From Patescibacteria group bacterium (GTDB taxonomy: Bacteria; Patescibacteriota; JAQUNI01): a stretch of 64,000 nucleotides of DNA. This document shows positions 1 through 8,990 of the stretch, piece after piece. Each line of letters begins with the position of its first letter. Within the stretch, counting starts at the first letter, position 1. The stretch lies in contig JAQUNI010000001.1 in the NCBI GenBank assembly GCA_028717685.1, forward strand, positions 548,062-612,061, given 5' to 3'. The notes below the pieces were generated by a model. That model saw only the letters and a program-made list of their open reading frames with translations. It did not search any database and was not told where the DNA came from. The position numbers and the translations under genes are program-made.

Positions 1-506
1 TCATTGGTTTTGTCGGGCGCGAGACCAGCGCGCGTCATCGCGGCTAAAATGCCGGTGAACATATAGCCCGTGCCGCAGCGGGGCTGGATGTTTTCATTGG
101 GGATTAAAATTAAGGGCAGCTTATCTTTTTGGCATAGTTTAGCGAGCTCGCCGCCAGTGGTAATGCCGATCATCTGGATTTTTTTGCGCCGGCATTCTTT
201 GTAAACACTCAACGTTTCTTCGGTATTGCCGGAAAAAGAAGAAGCAAAAACAAGGCTTTTAGTATTTGCTTCTTTGGGCAGGGAATAATTTTGGCAAATC
301 AAAATTGGCACTTTTATTTTGTCAGCGAGATAGGTTTCAATAATTGCCGCGGGCAGAGAAGAGCCGCCCATACCGGCAATAATGATGTTGGAATACTTTT
401 TTTTAGGCACCTTTACTTTTGTTGCAATAGTTAGCGCTTTGCCAAATTGGAGGGGAAAGTCCTTCAGGACTTTATACATATTAGCTTTGTCAATTGGGGA
501 AGGCAT
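1..506 (-). CDS. SIS-domain sugar isomerase (bifunctional phosphoglucose/phosphomannose isomerase-like). N-terminal part only; the C-terminus runs off the window start.
   Basis: Reverse translation from ATG (rc of 504-506) gives MPSPIDKANMYKVLKDFPLQFGKALTIATKVKVPKKKYSNIIIAGMGGSSLPAAIIETYLADK..., with an SIS-type GMGGS phosphosugar-binding loop. The ORF is open to position 1. Confidence 0.6.
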   Translation of the reverse strand, partial: MPSPIDKANMYKVLKDFPLQFGKALTIATKVKVPKKKYSNIIIAGMGGSSLPAAIIETYLADKIKVPILICQNYSLPKEANTKSLVFASSFSGNTEETLSVYKECRRKKIQMIGITTGGELAKLCQKDKLPLILIPNENIQPRCGTGYMFTGILAAMTRAGLAPDKTN

Positions 507-520
507 AGATGTAATAAGTT

Positions 521-650
521 AAAAATGAAAAATGTAAAATGTAAAATCATAATTCAAAATTAAAAATTTTGCATTTTACATTGTCTCGCTTTGCGAGATC
601 TCGCGAAGCGATGATAATTTTTCATTTTTTACTTTAAATTTTGAATTATG
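521..650. repeat. Composite palindromic intergenic repeat element, copy 1
   Basis: 7-nt-periodic arm (aaaatgtaaaatgtaaaatcataattcaaaattaaaaatttt), core near-palindrome TGTCTCGCTTTGCGAGATCTCGCGAAGCGATG, and an inverted arm copy (ataatttttcatttttt). A closely related copy lies at 50161-50250. Confidence 0.55.
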
Positions 651-655
651 AACTA

Positions 656-1672
656 TTATAGCATTTTCTGTTTGCGGGGAACAATATTTAAGTGCTCATA
701 AGCAAGATGGGTGGCAATTCTGCCGCGCGGGGTGCGGGTCAATAAACCCGCTTGCAATAAAAATGGTTCGTGCACATCTTCAATCGCGTCTTGTTCTTCG
801 GAAGAAGAAGCGGAGAGGGCATTCAAACCCACTGGTCCCCCGTCAAATTTTTCAATAATCACTTTCAATAGTTCGCGGTCAATGTGGTCTAAGCCTAACT
901 TATCAATTTCCAGCATAGCCAGGGCGGCTTCAACCACCTCCAGATTAATAAAACCGTCTGTTTTCACTTCGGCGTAATCGCGCACTCTTTTTAAGAGCCG
1001 ATTGGCGATTCTGGGCGTGCGGCGCGAACAGCAGGCAAGTTTTTTCAGAGCCGCCTTTTCTATCTTTTGCACTTTTAAGATGCGGCTCGCGCGCGCGATG
1101 ATTTGTTCAATCTCCTCTACTTCATAATAGCGAAGGCGATAAACCGAGCCGAAACGGTCGCGCAAAGGTGAGGAGAGCATACCGATTTTGGTGGTCGCGC
1201 CGATCAGGGTGAAACAGTTCAAGGGGAGGCGGATGTTTTTAGCCGAAGGTCCTTTGCCGATAATAATATCCAAAACCTGCTCTTCCATCGCGGGATATAG
1301 AATTTCTTCAATTTGGCGATTCATGCGGTGGCACTCATCAATAAAGAGGATGTCGCCATCTTCAAGATTAGTCAAAATCGCGCCCAAATCGCCGGGACGC
1401 TCTAGCGCAGGTCCGGAAGTAGTTTTAATCGCTACCCCCATTTCCCACGCGATGATATTGGCAAGGGTAGTTTTTCCTAAGCCTGGCGGTCCGTACAAAA
1501 GGATGTGCTCCAAAGGTTCTTTCCTTTTTTTTGCCGCGGCTAAAAAGATTGCCAGACTTTCTTTGATTTGAGCTTGACCAATGTATTCTTTAATAGTTTG
1601 CGGTCTAAGTTTTAAATCAAGATTTTTGTCTTCATTTTTTTCAGTATGGGAGACGACTGGACTTAATGGCAT
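656..1672 (-). CDS. ruvB: Holliday junction branch-migration ATPase RuvB
   Basis: 338 aa with Walker [12 protein letters not shown] and Walker [11 protein letters not shown]; length and overall layout match RuvB. Confidence 0.95.
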   Translation of the reverse strand: MPLSPVVSHTEKNEDKNLDLKLRPQTIKEYIGQAQIKESLAIFLAAAKKRKEPLEHILLYGPPGLGKTTLANIIAWEMGVAIKTTSGPALERPGDLGAILTNLEDGDILFIDECHRMNRQIEEILYPAMEEQVLDIIIGKGPSAKNIRLPLNCFTLIGATTKIGMLSSPLRDRFGSVYRLRYYEVEEIEQIIARASRILKVQKIEKAALKKLACCSRRTPRIANRLLKRVRDYAEVKTDGFINLEVVEAALAMLEIDKLGLDHIDRELLKVIIEKFDGGPVGLNALSASSSEEQDAIEDVHEPFLLQAGLLTRTPRGRIATHLAYEHLNIVPRKQKML

Positions 1673-1701
1673 TTTGGTTTGGATTTAAACCTGTTCATTA
1701 T

Positions 1702-1730
1702 ATTATACAATTGATTTTGCGCATTGACAA
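1702..1730 (-). promoter_or_regulatory. Candidate sigma70 promoter for ruvB
   Basis: Minus strand reads TTGTCA (rc of 1725-1730), a 17-nt spacer, then TATAAT (rc of 1702-1707), about 25 nt upstream of the ruvB ATG. Confidence 0.4.
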
Positions 1731-1760
1731 AGATTTGTTTTGGATTTTCTCCGTAAGGGC

Positions 1761-1789
1761 TTGACAGGAAATTTTAACTGTGCTAATGT
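1761..1789 (+). promoter_or_regulatory. Candidate sigma70 promoter (TTGACA-17-TAATGT) driving the structured region that follows
   Basis: TTGACA at 1761-1766, exact 17-nt spacer, TAATGT at 1784-1789. Confidence 0.4.
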
Positions 1790-1796
1790 ACAGTGT

Positions 1797-2190
1797 TCGT
1801 CTGTAAACCCCGTTAGAGAATGAAGTTTTTTACCCCGCTTAGAAATTTATTTCTAACGGGGCTGACGGTGGCATTAAACCACCATTGGCGTCTCCAATGG
1901 GGTAAAGATGGTGCTTCTTAATCTGTAGGCGGTTTTGAAGAAGGGCTAATCTTTCTGCGATGGATATTTATAAAGCGCGAGTTACCCCTCACCTTTTGAG
2001 GATTTACTTTACATATAAAGGAAGTAAATGGTTTTGTTTTATCTTAGATCAAATTATTTGATCCTTAAAAGGTGGGGGGGGCAGACTTGCCTTATCCTCG
2101 GGGATTAGCCTTGCTCTCAAGTAGACTTGGGGGCGCACGTCTACAGATTAAGGGGCGTTATATCAGAGGTTTATGTTGTTGTTAAAATAA
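1797..2190 (+). ncRNA. Candidate structured RNA or long structured 5' leader, ~400 nt, family unknown
   Basis: No ORF of 60 aa or more, and GC higher than flanking spacers. Many hairpins (ggtggcattaaaccacc; gatcaaattatttgatc; atttactt...aagtaaat). Long-range pairing of cttaatctgtag (1917-1928) with ctacagattaag (2140-2151). Includes a TTAGAA-N6-TTCTAA palindrome at 1839-1856. Confidence 0.25.
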
Positions 2191-2205
2191 CAAAGGAGGA
2201 TATGA

Positions 2206-2400
2206 ATGATAAGAAACGGGACGATAGTTGATTTTATATTGTTGTCATGTTGGAATGGTGGGCTTTATGCTATTTTTGCCATTATTATATGGCAGTTGTT
2301 TAAAAAACACTTGAAGCTTCCTCAAGGAAGATGGGGAATGATTATAATGGATATAATCATTTTGGCACCCGTTGCCCTGTTTGTTTATCACTTGAGATAG
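2206..2400 (+). CDS. Small hydrophobic protein, 64 aa, two predicted TM helices
   Basis: Strong RBS AAGGAGG 8 nt before the ATG; hairpin plus T-run terminator at about 2418-2452. Confidence 0.45.
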   Translation: MIRNGTIVDFILLSCWNGGLYAIFAIIIWQLFKKHLKLPQGRWGMIIMDIIILAPVALFVYHLR

Positions 2401-2443
2401 AAGCGAATTTTTATTTTATGACGGGGTCTACTCGTCATTTTTT

Positions 2444-4321
2444 TTATTCCTCCTCATTTGCTACAGGTGGATTCTTTTTTGCTTCTGTCGGTGGGGGCGG
2501 TTTTTTTTGTTGATTTTCTATTTTAGGCGGAGTATTTCCTTTTTGTTCGCCTTTAACATCAGTTCCGCCTGTGCCTACTAAGAATACGGCGTTCCAAGGC
2601 TGGTATTTAGAATAAAAACTATCACGCAGAATTTCCTGCCCATCACGGGTTACGGCGCGGTGAAAAACCGTGGAAATGCCCTTATGTTCCTTTTCTATTT
2701 GTTTTTTTTCTCCTTTTTTCAGGGTGTTGGTTTCAATGTATTCCGGCGGGCTCGGGTTAACCCACCCTGAAGTATAGTATGGACCTTCAATGTTCACCTT
2801 GCGGCCGTCGTCCGTGCCGTAAAAATCAAAATAGAGTTTATTGCCAATGATGCGTTTTTGAATCAAGATATGGCCCGGCGTGTCGTTTTTAAAACGCAGA
2901 TCTGGATGAGGAATGTAAATCGTGGCATCCATTCCGGTTGGTTTATAATAAGAGACGACATATTTATGGGCTTTGCGTTCCGTGATCGGCAGTCCAGAAT
3001 ATATAGCCGCGCGGAAGAGGGTGGTGGAGACTTGGCACAATCCCCCGCCAAATTCGGGAATCGTTCCCTCGGGTTTTATCACAAGTTCTGGCTTGTAGCC
3101 CGTAGCCGCCGATACTTCGCCTAAAGTTTGAATAATGGAGAATTCTTCGCCCGGTTCAATTAAAACACCGTTCAGTTTTTCCGAGCCGACGCCAATATTA
3201 TGTTTGCGGTTTAAAGGAGAACCGGCAAAGTCTGATTCTCCCGTACCAATCAAAGTTTTAATGCCGAGTTCATCAATATTTTGATTGCTTACATTGGGCG
3301 TGACCGTGCGCACTGTGATTTCCGTTTTTTTCTCGCTTCCTTCGGTTGGGGTTTGCAGGGCGTTTTTAATCAATTCCATGGTTTCTTCTAAATCAATCTT
3401 TTTGCCATCTTGCCCTAATTCAAAAGCAACGACGCGATTGTTGTCAATTTTAAAACGGGCATCTTCAGGTTCCTGTTCAATTTCAGCGGCAACATTTTTT
3501 AAAAAGGCATCCGCGGTTTCCCTTTTTAAACCTGCTTCCATCATTTTGTTTTGGTTTAGTTGAAAGTCAACCCAAGAAACAAGCATTTTTGGAGAAACAG
3601 TCCAATATTTTTTTTCATAAGTAAGTTTTAGAGGCTTTTGAATCATTTCCTCCGCCATATTATAAGCATCTAGGACATTGGCGCGAGTCACTTCAGGGTG
3701 GCTTTCTTTAATAACTACCTCAATTTTTTGATCCTGAAGATTATCTAAACTATTTTTAATTTTTTGCTTGAGTTCCGCGAGGTCTATCTCTTGACCGATT
3801 TTCTCTTCTTTGATTTCAAAACCAGAATTTTTCAAAATCACTTCCGCCATCTCCGGTTTTACTTCTAAGAACGTCAGATTATTTTTTAGATATTGATCCA
3901 ACTTATCCTCGTCTAGTTCATATCGCAGAGGCAGATTCACGCCCCGTATCAGAATCGCAAGTTGGCTTTTTAACCTTTGAACAATATCCTTTTCGTGGCC
4001 TAGGAGAAACGCTTCGTCTAAAGTTTGGTTCACCTTGAAGGTAAGTCCGATATCTTTTTCAGCCAGGGGCCATTCCCTTTCTTTATAGAAAATAGAGACC
4101 CCCTGATTTTGAAAATAGTTGATACGTTCTTGCAAGATGCTTTGCGCCTCATTTTTACTTTTACCTCCGAGATCCAAACCCGCCACTTTAATACGGGGGT
4201 AAATTTTTTCGGCATAAAAGAGATTCTGCGTTAAAATAAAAACGCCAAATACCAGAAGGATGATGATAGTGAAAAACAATGGGAGATTCAGTTTATTCTT
4301 ATTCCTTTTAGGTTTAGACAT
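2444..4321 (-). CDS. VanW-family protein with an N-terminal membrane anchor
   Basis: 625 aa. N-terminal TM segment; C-terminal region with GGGLCQVSTTLFRAA typical of the VanW domain; Pro/Lys-rich tail. Confidence 0.75.
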   Translation of the reverse strand: MSKPKRNKNKLNLPLFFTIIILLVFGVFILTQNLFYAEKIYPRIKVAGLDLGGKSKNEAQSILQERINYFQNQGVSIFYKEREWPLAEKDIGLTFKVNQTLDEAFLLGHEKDIVQRLKSQLAILIRGVNLPLRYELDEDKLDQYLKNNLTFLEVKPEMAEVILKNSGFEIKEEKIGQEIDLAELKQKIKNSLDNLQDQKIEVVIKESHPEVTRANVLDAYNMAEEMIQKPLKLTYEKKYWTVSPKMLVSWVDFQLNQNKMMEAGLKRETADAFLKNVAAEIEQEPEDARFKIDNNRVVAFELGQDGKKIDLEETMELIKNALQTPTEGSEKKTEITVRTVTPNVSNQNIDELGIKTLIGTGESDFAGSPLNRKHNIGVGSEKLNGVLIEPGEEFSIIQTLGEVSAATGYKPELVIKPEGTIPEFGGGLCQVSTTLFRAAIYSGLPITERKAHKYVVSYYKPTGMDATIYIPHPDLRFKNDTPGHILIQKRIIGNKLYFDFYGTDDGRKVNIEGPYYTSGWVNPSPPEYIETNTLKKGEKKQIEKEHKGISTVFHRAVTRDGQEILRDSFYSKYQPWNAVFLVGTGGTDVKGEQKGNTPPKIENQQKKPPPPTEAKKNPPVANEEE

Positions 4322-4476
4322 AAAATCAACTTTATTTTAAAACTAAAACTATGAAGCGTTTTTTCGAGCTGCGGTTTAAAATTCTACGCTTTGCGTTTTT
4401 GTTATTTACCCCGTTATAGAACTTCGTTTTCTAACTATACTATACTATAACGAAAAGATGCTTTTTTTTCAAATTT

Positions 4477-4506
4477 AAAACCCTCTTTCCAAATAAAGAG
4501 GGTTTT
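4477..4506 (-). terminator. Hairpin terminator downstream of the 894-aa membrane/TPR gene
   Basis: Perfect 11-bp stem aaaccctcttt / aaagagggttt with a 6-nt loop, immediately 3' of the stop at 4547 on the minus strand. Confidence 0.5.
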
Positions 4507-4546
4507 GTTCGTTATTCATTCGTTATAATTTTTGGAAATCCAGTTT

Positions 4547-7231
4547 CTAGAGTTTGGATTCTAAATCTTGGACTTTTTGCCTGATCTGTTCATTATCCGG
4601 ATTAAGTTCCTGAACCCTTCGAATATTTTCTAAGGCTTTACCAATTTCACCCAGACTTTCATAAGCTAAGCCTAGACTATAGAGAGCATTTGCGTGGTTG
4701 GCATTTTGACTGACCACGAGATTGAAGGCATCCAGGGCGCGTTGGAAATCCAAGTTGTTTTTTAAGTCATTATGATCTCCGACCATTGCTTTATTGTAGG
4801 AAACGCGGCCTAATTCATAAATGATATCTTGATTTTGGGGAGCAATTTGATACGCGGCGCCGATTTGTTCTAAGGCTTCGTCAAACTGTTTTTTGTTTTC
4901 ATAAATCAGGGCAAGATAATAATGGGCGGCAAGGTAGTCTGGCTTTAATTCCACCGCCTTTTTGAAAGCTTCCAGAGCCTGATTATAGTTATTTTCCTGT
5001 TCTTCGCCTTCTGCCGTGGAAGCGGAAACCATATAGGCGCGTCCGAGTTTCGCTAAAAAGGTGGGATTCGTCGGCTCCAATTCCAGCGCTTTTTCATAAG
5101 ACTTAATCACCCATTCATTGGCGTTTCGCGAGTAGAGAGTTGTGTTTTCGTAGATTTGACCCCGAGCTTCCCATAGATTGACATCGCTAGGGGAAAGATC
5201 GGTAGCGAGTTTGGATTCGTTGATGCTATTGGCAACCAGGGTTTGAATTTGGTTAATGTCCGCCGCTTCTCCCTTGGCGGCTTCTAAATTAGCTTGGGTC
5301 AAGTAGTTTTGGGCTAGGGCTAAATAGTATATCGGTCGGTATTTGTTTAGCGTGACGGCACGGTTAAAGAGGCCGGTAGCTTCACTGTATTTTTCCGCGG
5401 CAATTTTCTCTAATCCTTGTTGATGGTAGACGTCCGCCAGATAAATTCTTCCAAGGTAAGTGAATAAAACCGTAACCATACAAAGGGCTAACACAAAGAT
5501 AAAAGAGAGAAACAGCGCGTATTTGGGCGAAGTCTTAAAGGAAAGCTTTGTTTTTTTAAATTCTTGGGGGCGATAGATAGTAATGAGGGCCATAATCAAC
5601 CCCATAGAGAGCCAGAAAGAAATTTGCAGCGTGGTGTTGGCGAAATTTAAGAAGTTAGCGAGCAACAGAGCCGCCCAAGCGCCTACGATACCTAAGATAA
5701 TAAAATCAGCATGCGGTTCGGGGCGCGCTATCTCTTCCTCCTCCTCTTCCTCTTCGTCTTCTTTGATTGTTCTAGTTTTTAAATCCACGACTCCTTTAGA
5801 TGATGGGGGGGGGAAGATTTTCCTTCCTGTTTTAAGGTTAATATTAATGTTCCGCGGTTCTTCCGTGGCTGGGAGGGCAGCCTCTCTCTCAATATTTGGG
5901 AGTTCTATTGGTGTTGGAGTTGTTGTTTCAGTCCTTTGTTTATTAGTGTTGCCAGAATCTATTATTTTTTCCGGGGGAGGGTTTAGGGTCGCGGATTTGT
6001 GAAACAAAGCAAATCTTGATTTTAAGAGGGATTGATGAGGAGGCAACGTTGTTTTTTGGGGCTTATTATTTATTCCAAAAAGATACTCTCTTCTTGATTT
6101 GATTAATAGGAGGCTGGAGGATCCAATAAAAATCAGAAGAATCACAATATAGGTTAATGCTCCTAAAGCGCCGCTGGTAGCTAAAAGTTCCAGATAGGTG
6201 TTATTGGCTTTGTCAAAACGGACATTCCAGATGATATTTTGGTTAAAGCTGGCTGGTCGGAAGCTTGAAAAATCATAACCGAAAGTCTCTGGACCGGAAC
6301 CGAAAAGAAAATTAAAGAAACCATGCCAGAGGGTATGGCGAGTAGTTTCCAAGGAAAGTTTAAAGCTTAGAGAAACCTCACTAGGTATCTTCCCTTTAAT
6401 AATAGAGGGAATACCCAATGTAGTGGCGAAAATAGCAATAACGAGGATAGCCGCGGGCACGATTAACCATCCTTTGTTAATATATTCTTTTTCCTTGGCG
6501 ATGCCGAAACTCAAGATAATAAACATACTTAGGATAAGGATATGCCAGGCTATTTTGAAATTAATCGTGTTGAGCAGAATAAGCGCAGCTAAAACCAAGA
6601 TTAAGATCAAGATTCTAAAGACGATATTCATTTTGGGCTTGAGTAGAAAAGCGGCGGCGATACTTAAGACAAAGGCGAGAAAGGTTACAAGCGACGAGAA
6701 GGAGCCTACGGGGTTGAAGGAAATGTTTTTCGCAAATTCAAAAGGCAGAATGAAGATATTAAAGATTTGGAGAAAAACAAAAACAATTAAAATAGTGGTA
6801 GAGATGAGAAGGCTTATACAAAGCCGCAATACTTTTTTGCGGCTGTTCACATTACTTACTATGATGAAATACAGAAGGGCGTAAAAGATAACACTTACCA
6901 AGCCCGTGGCGCCTTGGCCGTAAGCGCCTAAAATACTCGTTACGCGGTCCACCGAAAAAATGGTCGCCAGTCCATACACAATTAAAAAGGCTAGAATGGG
7001 AATATCCAGGGGGGTCCGTTTAATAATAAGTTTTTTGTTTAAAATTCCCTTGCCAAACCAAGCGAGATATCCAATCAGAACAGTAACAAAGAAAAGGACC
7101 TGTTTGGAGAATTCGGTGAGCTGCGGCGTAAAAGGAAGAAAAAAGAGGGGAACCGAAAAGGTCAACAAAATTAATACCCAAAGAATAATGTGGTCACAAA
7201 CAGAAGAAATCTTGTTTTGGATTGTAATCAT
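4547..7231 (-). CDS. Polytopic membrane protein (O-antigen-ligase-like N-terminal region) with a poly-Glu linker and C-terminal TPR repeats
   Basis: 894 aa. About 10 predicted TM helices in the N-terminal 400 aa. Poly-Glu run EEEEEEEEE. C-terminal TPR-like repeats such as YYLALIYENKKQFDEALEQ and ALYSLGLAYESLGEIGKALEN. Confidence 0.6.
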   Translation of the reverse strand: MITIQNKISSVCDHIILWVLILLTFSVPLFFLPFTPQLTEFSKQVLFFVTVLIGYLAWFGKGILNKKLIIKRTPLDIPILAFLIVYGLATIFSVDRVTSILGAYGQGATGLVSVIFYALLYFIIVSNVNSRKKVLRLCISLLISTTILIVFVFLQIFNIFILPFEFAKNISFNPVGSFSSLVTFLAFVLSIAAAFLLKPKMNIVFRILILILVLAALILLNTINFKIAWHILILSMFIILSFGIAKEKEYINKGWLIVPAAILVIAIFATTLGIPSIIKGKIPSEVSLSFKLSLETTRHTLWHGFFNFLFGSGPETFGYDFSSFRPASFNQNIIWNVRFDKANNTYLELLATSGALGALTYIVILLIFIGSSSLLLIKSRREYLFGINNKPQKTTLPPHQSLLKSRFALFHKSATLNPPPEKIIDSGNTNKQRTETTTPTPIELPNIEREAALPATEEPRNININLKTGRKIFPPPSSKGVVDLKTRTIKEDEEEEEEEEIARPEPHADFIILGIVGAWAALLLANFLNFANTTLQISFWLSMGLIMALITIYRPQEFKKTKLSFKTSPKYALFLSFIFVLALCMVTVLFTYLGRIYLADVYHQQGLEKIAAEKYSEATGLFNRAVTLNKYRPIYYLALAQNYLTQANLEAAKGEAADINQIQTLVANSINESKLATDLSPSDVNLWEARGQIYENTTLYSRNANEWVIKSYEKALELEPTNPTFLAKLGRAYMVSASTAEGEEQENNYNQALEAFKKAVELKPDYLAAHYYLALIYENKKQFDEALEQIGAAYQIAPQNQDIIYELGRVSYNKAMVGDHNDLKNNLDFQRALDAFNLVVSQNANHANALYSLGLAYESLGEIGKALENIRRVQELNPDNEQIRQKVQDLESKL

Positions 7232-7331
7232 AGAGTGAAAATTATTGATTATTTTTTATGCGCGTGTGGTAAAAAAAGACAAACTGCGCGATTCTTTTGC
7301 CATTAAAAGCGCATTGAAAGAGGCGCGCCTT

Positions 7332-7778
7332 TTATGTAGCTTCCACGGTGATTGTTTTTGTTTTGGCTTTAGAGGCTTTAGGGAGAACGATGGTGAGAAT
7401 GCCATTTTTTAATTCTGCTTTGATATTTTCTGCTTCCACATCCACGGGCAGAATCACGGAGCGGGAGAAAGGACCCCAGTAACATTCTTGATAGTAATAA
7501 TCCTCGGGTTTATTCCGCGCGTCATTTTTGCGCACGCCTTTGATGGTGAGCATGTCGTTGTTGATTGTGACGTCTAAATCTTCCGGTTTCACGCCGGCAA
7601 TAGTAGATTTGATCACAATTTCATTGGGAGTCTGATAGACATCAATGGTGAGTTGGCCTTCATAGTCTTGCGCGGGCTCTTCACGCGGCGGGATATTGCT
7701 CTCATTCCTTTGCGGAGCATTTTCCAGCGGAACATTTTTTGCTCCCGCCAATTTTTCCAAAAAAGTTTTTTTTGCCAT
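7332..7778 (-). CDS. Hsp20 / alpha-crystallin family small heat-shock protein
   Basis: 148 aa with an alpha-crystallin domain (…DMLTIKGVRKN…AELKNGILTIVLPK); RBS GGAGG present. Confidence 0.9.
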   Translation of the reverse strand: MAKKTFLEKLAGAKNVPLENAPQRNESNIPPREEPAQDYEGQLTIDVYQTPNEIVIKSTIAGVKPEDLDVTINNDMLTIKGVRKNDARNKPEDYYYQECYWGPFSRSVILPVDVEAENIKAELKNGILTIVLPKASKAKTKTITVEAT

Positions 7779-7864
7779 TTTATTTTGCCTCCTATTTCTT
7801 AATTATTAAAATTATTTACCCTCACGCTAAAGATTTTGGTGGTGAGGCTTTACCTCGTTAGACT

Positions 7865-7890
7865 CCGTTAGAAATAAATTTCTAACGGGG
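7865..7890. promoter_or_regulatory. GC-clamped palindrome ccgTTAGAAATAAATTTCTAAcgggg, a TTAGAA-N6-TTCTAA element
   Basis: Perfect 8+2+8 inverted repeat at 7868-7885. It abuts the stop of the PrsW-like gene and lies about 90 nt upstream of the hsp20 ATG. Confidence 0.4.
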
Positions 7891-8589
7891 CTAGCGGGAT
7901 TTACTATTGAGTTGGGCTTTTTTCCCTTTCAGGCCTTTGATCAGCTGATTTAAAGTGATAAAAATACCGAGGAGCAAGATGATTAGGAAGGGGATAGTCA
8001 TATTCAGTCTCAACGTAATCATAAAATTGTAGGCTCCATGGATGATGATGGCAATTAAAAGCCCGCGCAGGATTAGCTTTTTTTCCTCTTTCGGGTTAAA
8101 GCGGGCGCGACCTAAGTAATATCCGACAATACCAGAGGTTAAGGCATGCATTAGGGTGGCGGTAAAAAAGCGGAAGAGAATAATAGAAGGACCGCTGCCT
8201 AAGGTGGCCATCAGATTTTCCAGGGAAGCGAAGCCTAGACCCGCGACCGTGCCATAAATGATCCCGTCCAATCGTTCGTCAAATTCAGGGCGGCGGTAAA
8301 CCTTTCTTTTGATGACAAGATATTTTAAATACTCTTCCACCGGCGCAATCACGAGAAAAGTCCCCCAGATAATTTGACCGATGCTATTATTATCCGAGTA
8401 AGGCATAATGTAGTCCACGATAAATTCCAAGGCGGCTGCCGGTATGGTCATCAACATACCCCAGATGAAGATTTTAAAGACGAGCTTTAAGGGTTCCGGC
8501 TCTTCACGATCCTTGCGGCGATAAAAAATAAGCCAAAAAATTCCCGGCGAGAGCGCGATCAAGATGTAGAATAAAAGTCGCATAATCAA
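7891..8589 (-). CDS. PrsW-family intramembrane metalloprotease
   Basis: 232 aa polytopic protein carrying the PrsW signature motifs EEYLK, FASLEN, HALTSG and HGAYN. Confidence 0.7.
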   Translation of the reverse strand: MIMRLLFYILIALSPGIFWLIFYRRKDREEPEPLKLVFKIFIWGMLMTIPAAALEFIVDYIMPYSDNNSIGQIIWGTFLVIAPVEEYLKYLVIKRKVYRRPEFDERLDGIIYGTVAGLGFASLENLMATLGSGPSIILFRFFTATLMHALTSGIVGYYLGRARFNPKEEKKLILRGLLIAIIIHGAYNFMITLRLNMTIPFLIILLLGIFITLNQLIKGLKGKKAQLNSKSR

Positions 8590-8710
8590 AAAACGAGAAC
8601 GGTTGATTTCGCGTTCATTATAACAGAACGAGAGTTAGGAGGCAATGCGTGATTTTGAAAGAGCAGTAAGTTTGTTCTTTAAACTATAACGGGAAAGAAT
8701 GCGAAATACT

Positions 8711-8768
8711 GCATAAATAAAAAACTACCTCCCTGTGGTAAATCTTATCAAGATTTACAAAGAGGTAG
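8711..8768 (-). terminator. Rho-independent terminator for the minus-strand unit at 8789-11333
   Basis: Nested hairpin ctacctc…gaggtag with inner gtaaatctt/aagatttac, followed on the minus strand by TTTTTATTTAT. Confidence 0.55.
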
Positions 8769-8788
8769 TAAGGACGATGTAGCTCATC

Positions 8789-8986
8789 CTACGAATAAAG
8801 GTTCTTAGTACGCTTGATCAGTCTGTCCCTGATTGCGTCTATGAATCTGAGCCGCTCGGACTCGGATAGCCAGTAGCCACAGGGGAGGCCGGATTCCGGC
8901 ATATGATACCGGAGTCCGCGTCCATAGTTGAAACCGATTTCGGCCATTAACCACCCGAACATAGCTAGAGCCACGGACAAAATCAC
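8789..8986 (-). CDS. Hypothetical small protein, 65 aa, apparent GTG start
   Basis: ORF starts 5 nt after the stop of the upstream 780-aa gene on the same strand; no recognisable motif. Confidence 0.3.
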   Translation of the reverse strand: MILSVALAMFGWLMAEIGFNYGRGLRYHMPESGLPCGYWLSESERLRFIDAIRDRLIKRTKNLYS

Positions 8987-8990
8987 TATT

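Noticed and set aside
711-1571. Plus-strand ORFs 711-977 and 1188-1571 inside ruvB
   Set aside because: Antisense to a high-confidence conserved gene; Ser/Ala/Arg-rich composition typical of shadow ORFs. The same reasoning applies to other embedded antisense ORFs in the track (e.g. 2858-3124, 5583-6002, 6423-6884, 20085-20312, 23355-23828, 34590-34952, 41601-41912, 53150-53491).
1797-2190. Possible RNase P RNA, tmRNA, SRP RNA or T-box leader in the structured region
   Set aside because: Both strands lack the hallmark boxes (AGGAAAGUCCGGGC / ACAGAANCCGGCUUA for RNase P; GGAUUCGACGGG and a tRNA-like 3' end for tmRNA; GGAAGCAGCC for SRP; AAUUAGGGUGG for T-box). Kept only as an unclassified candidate.
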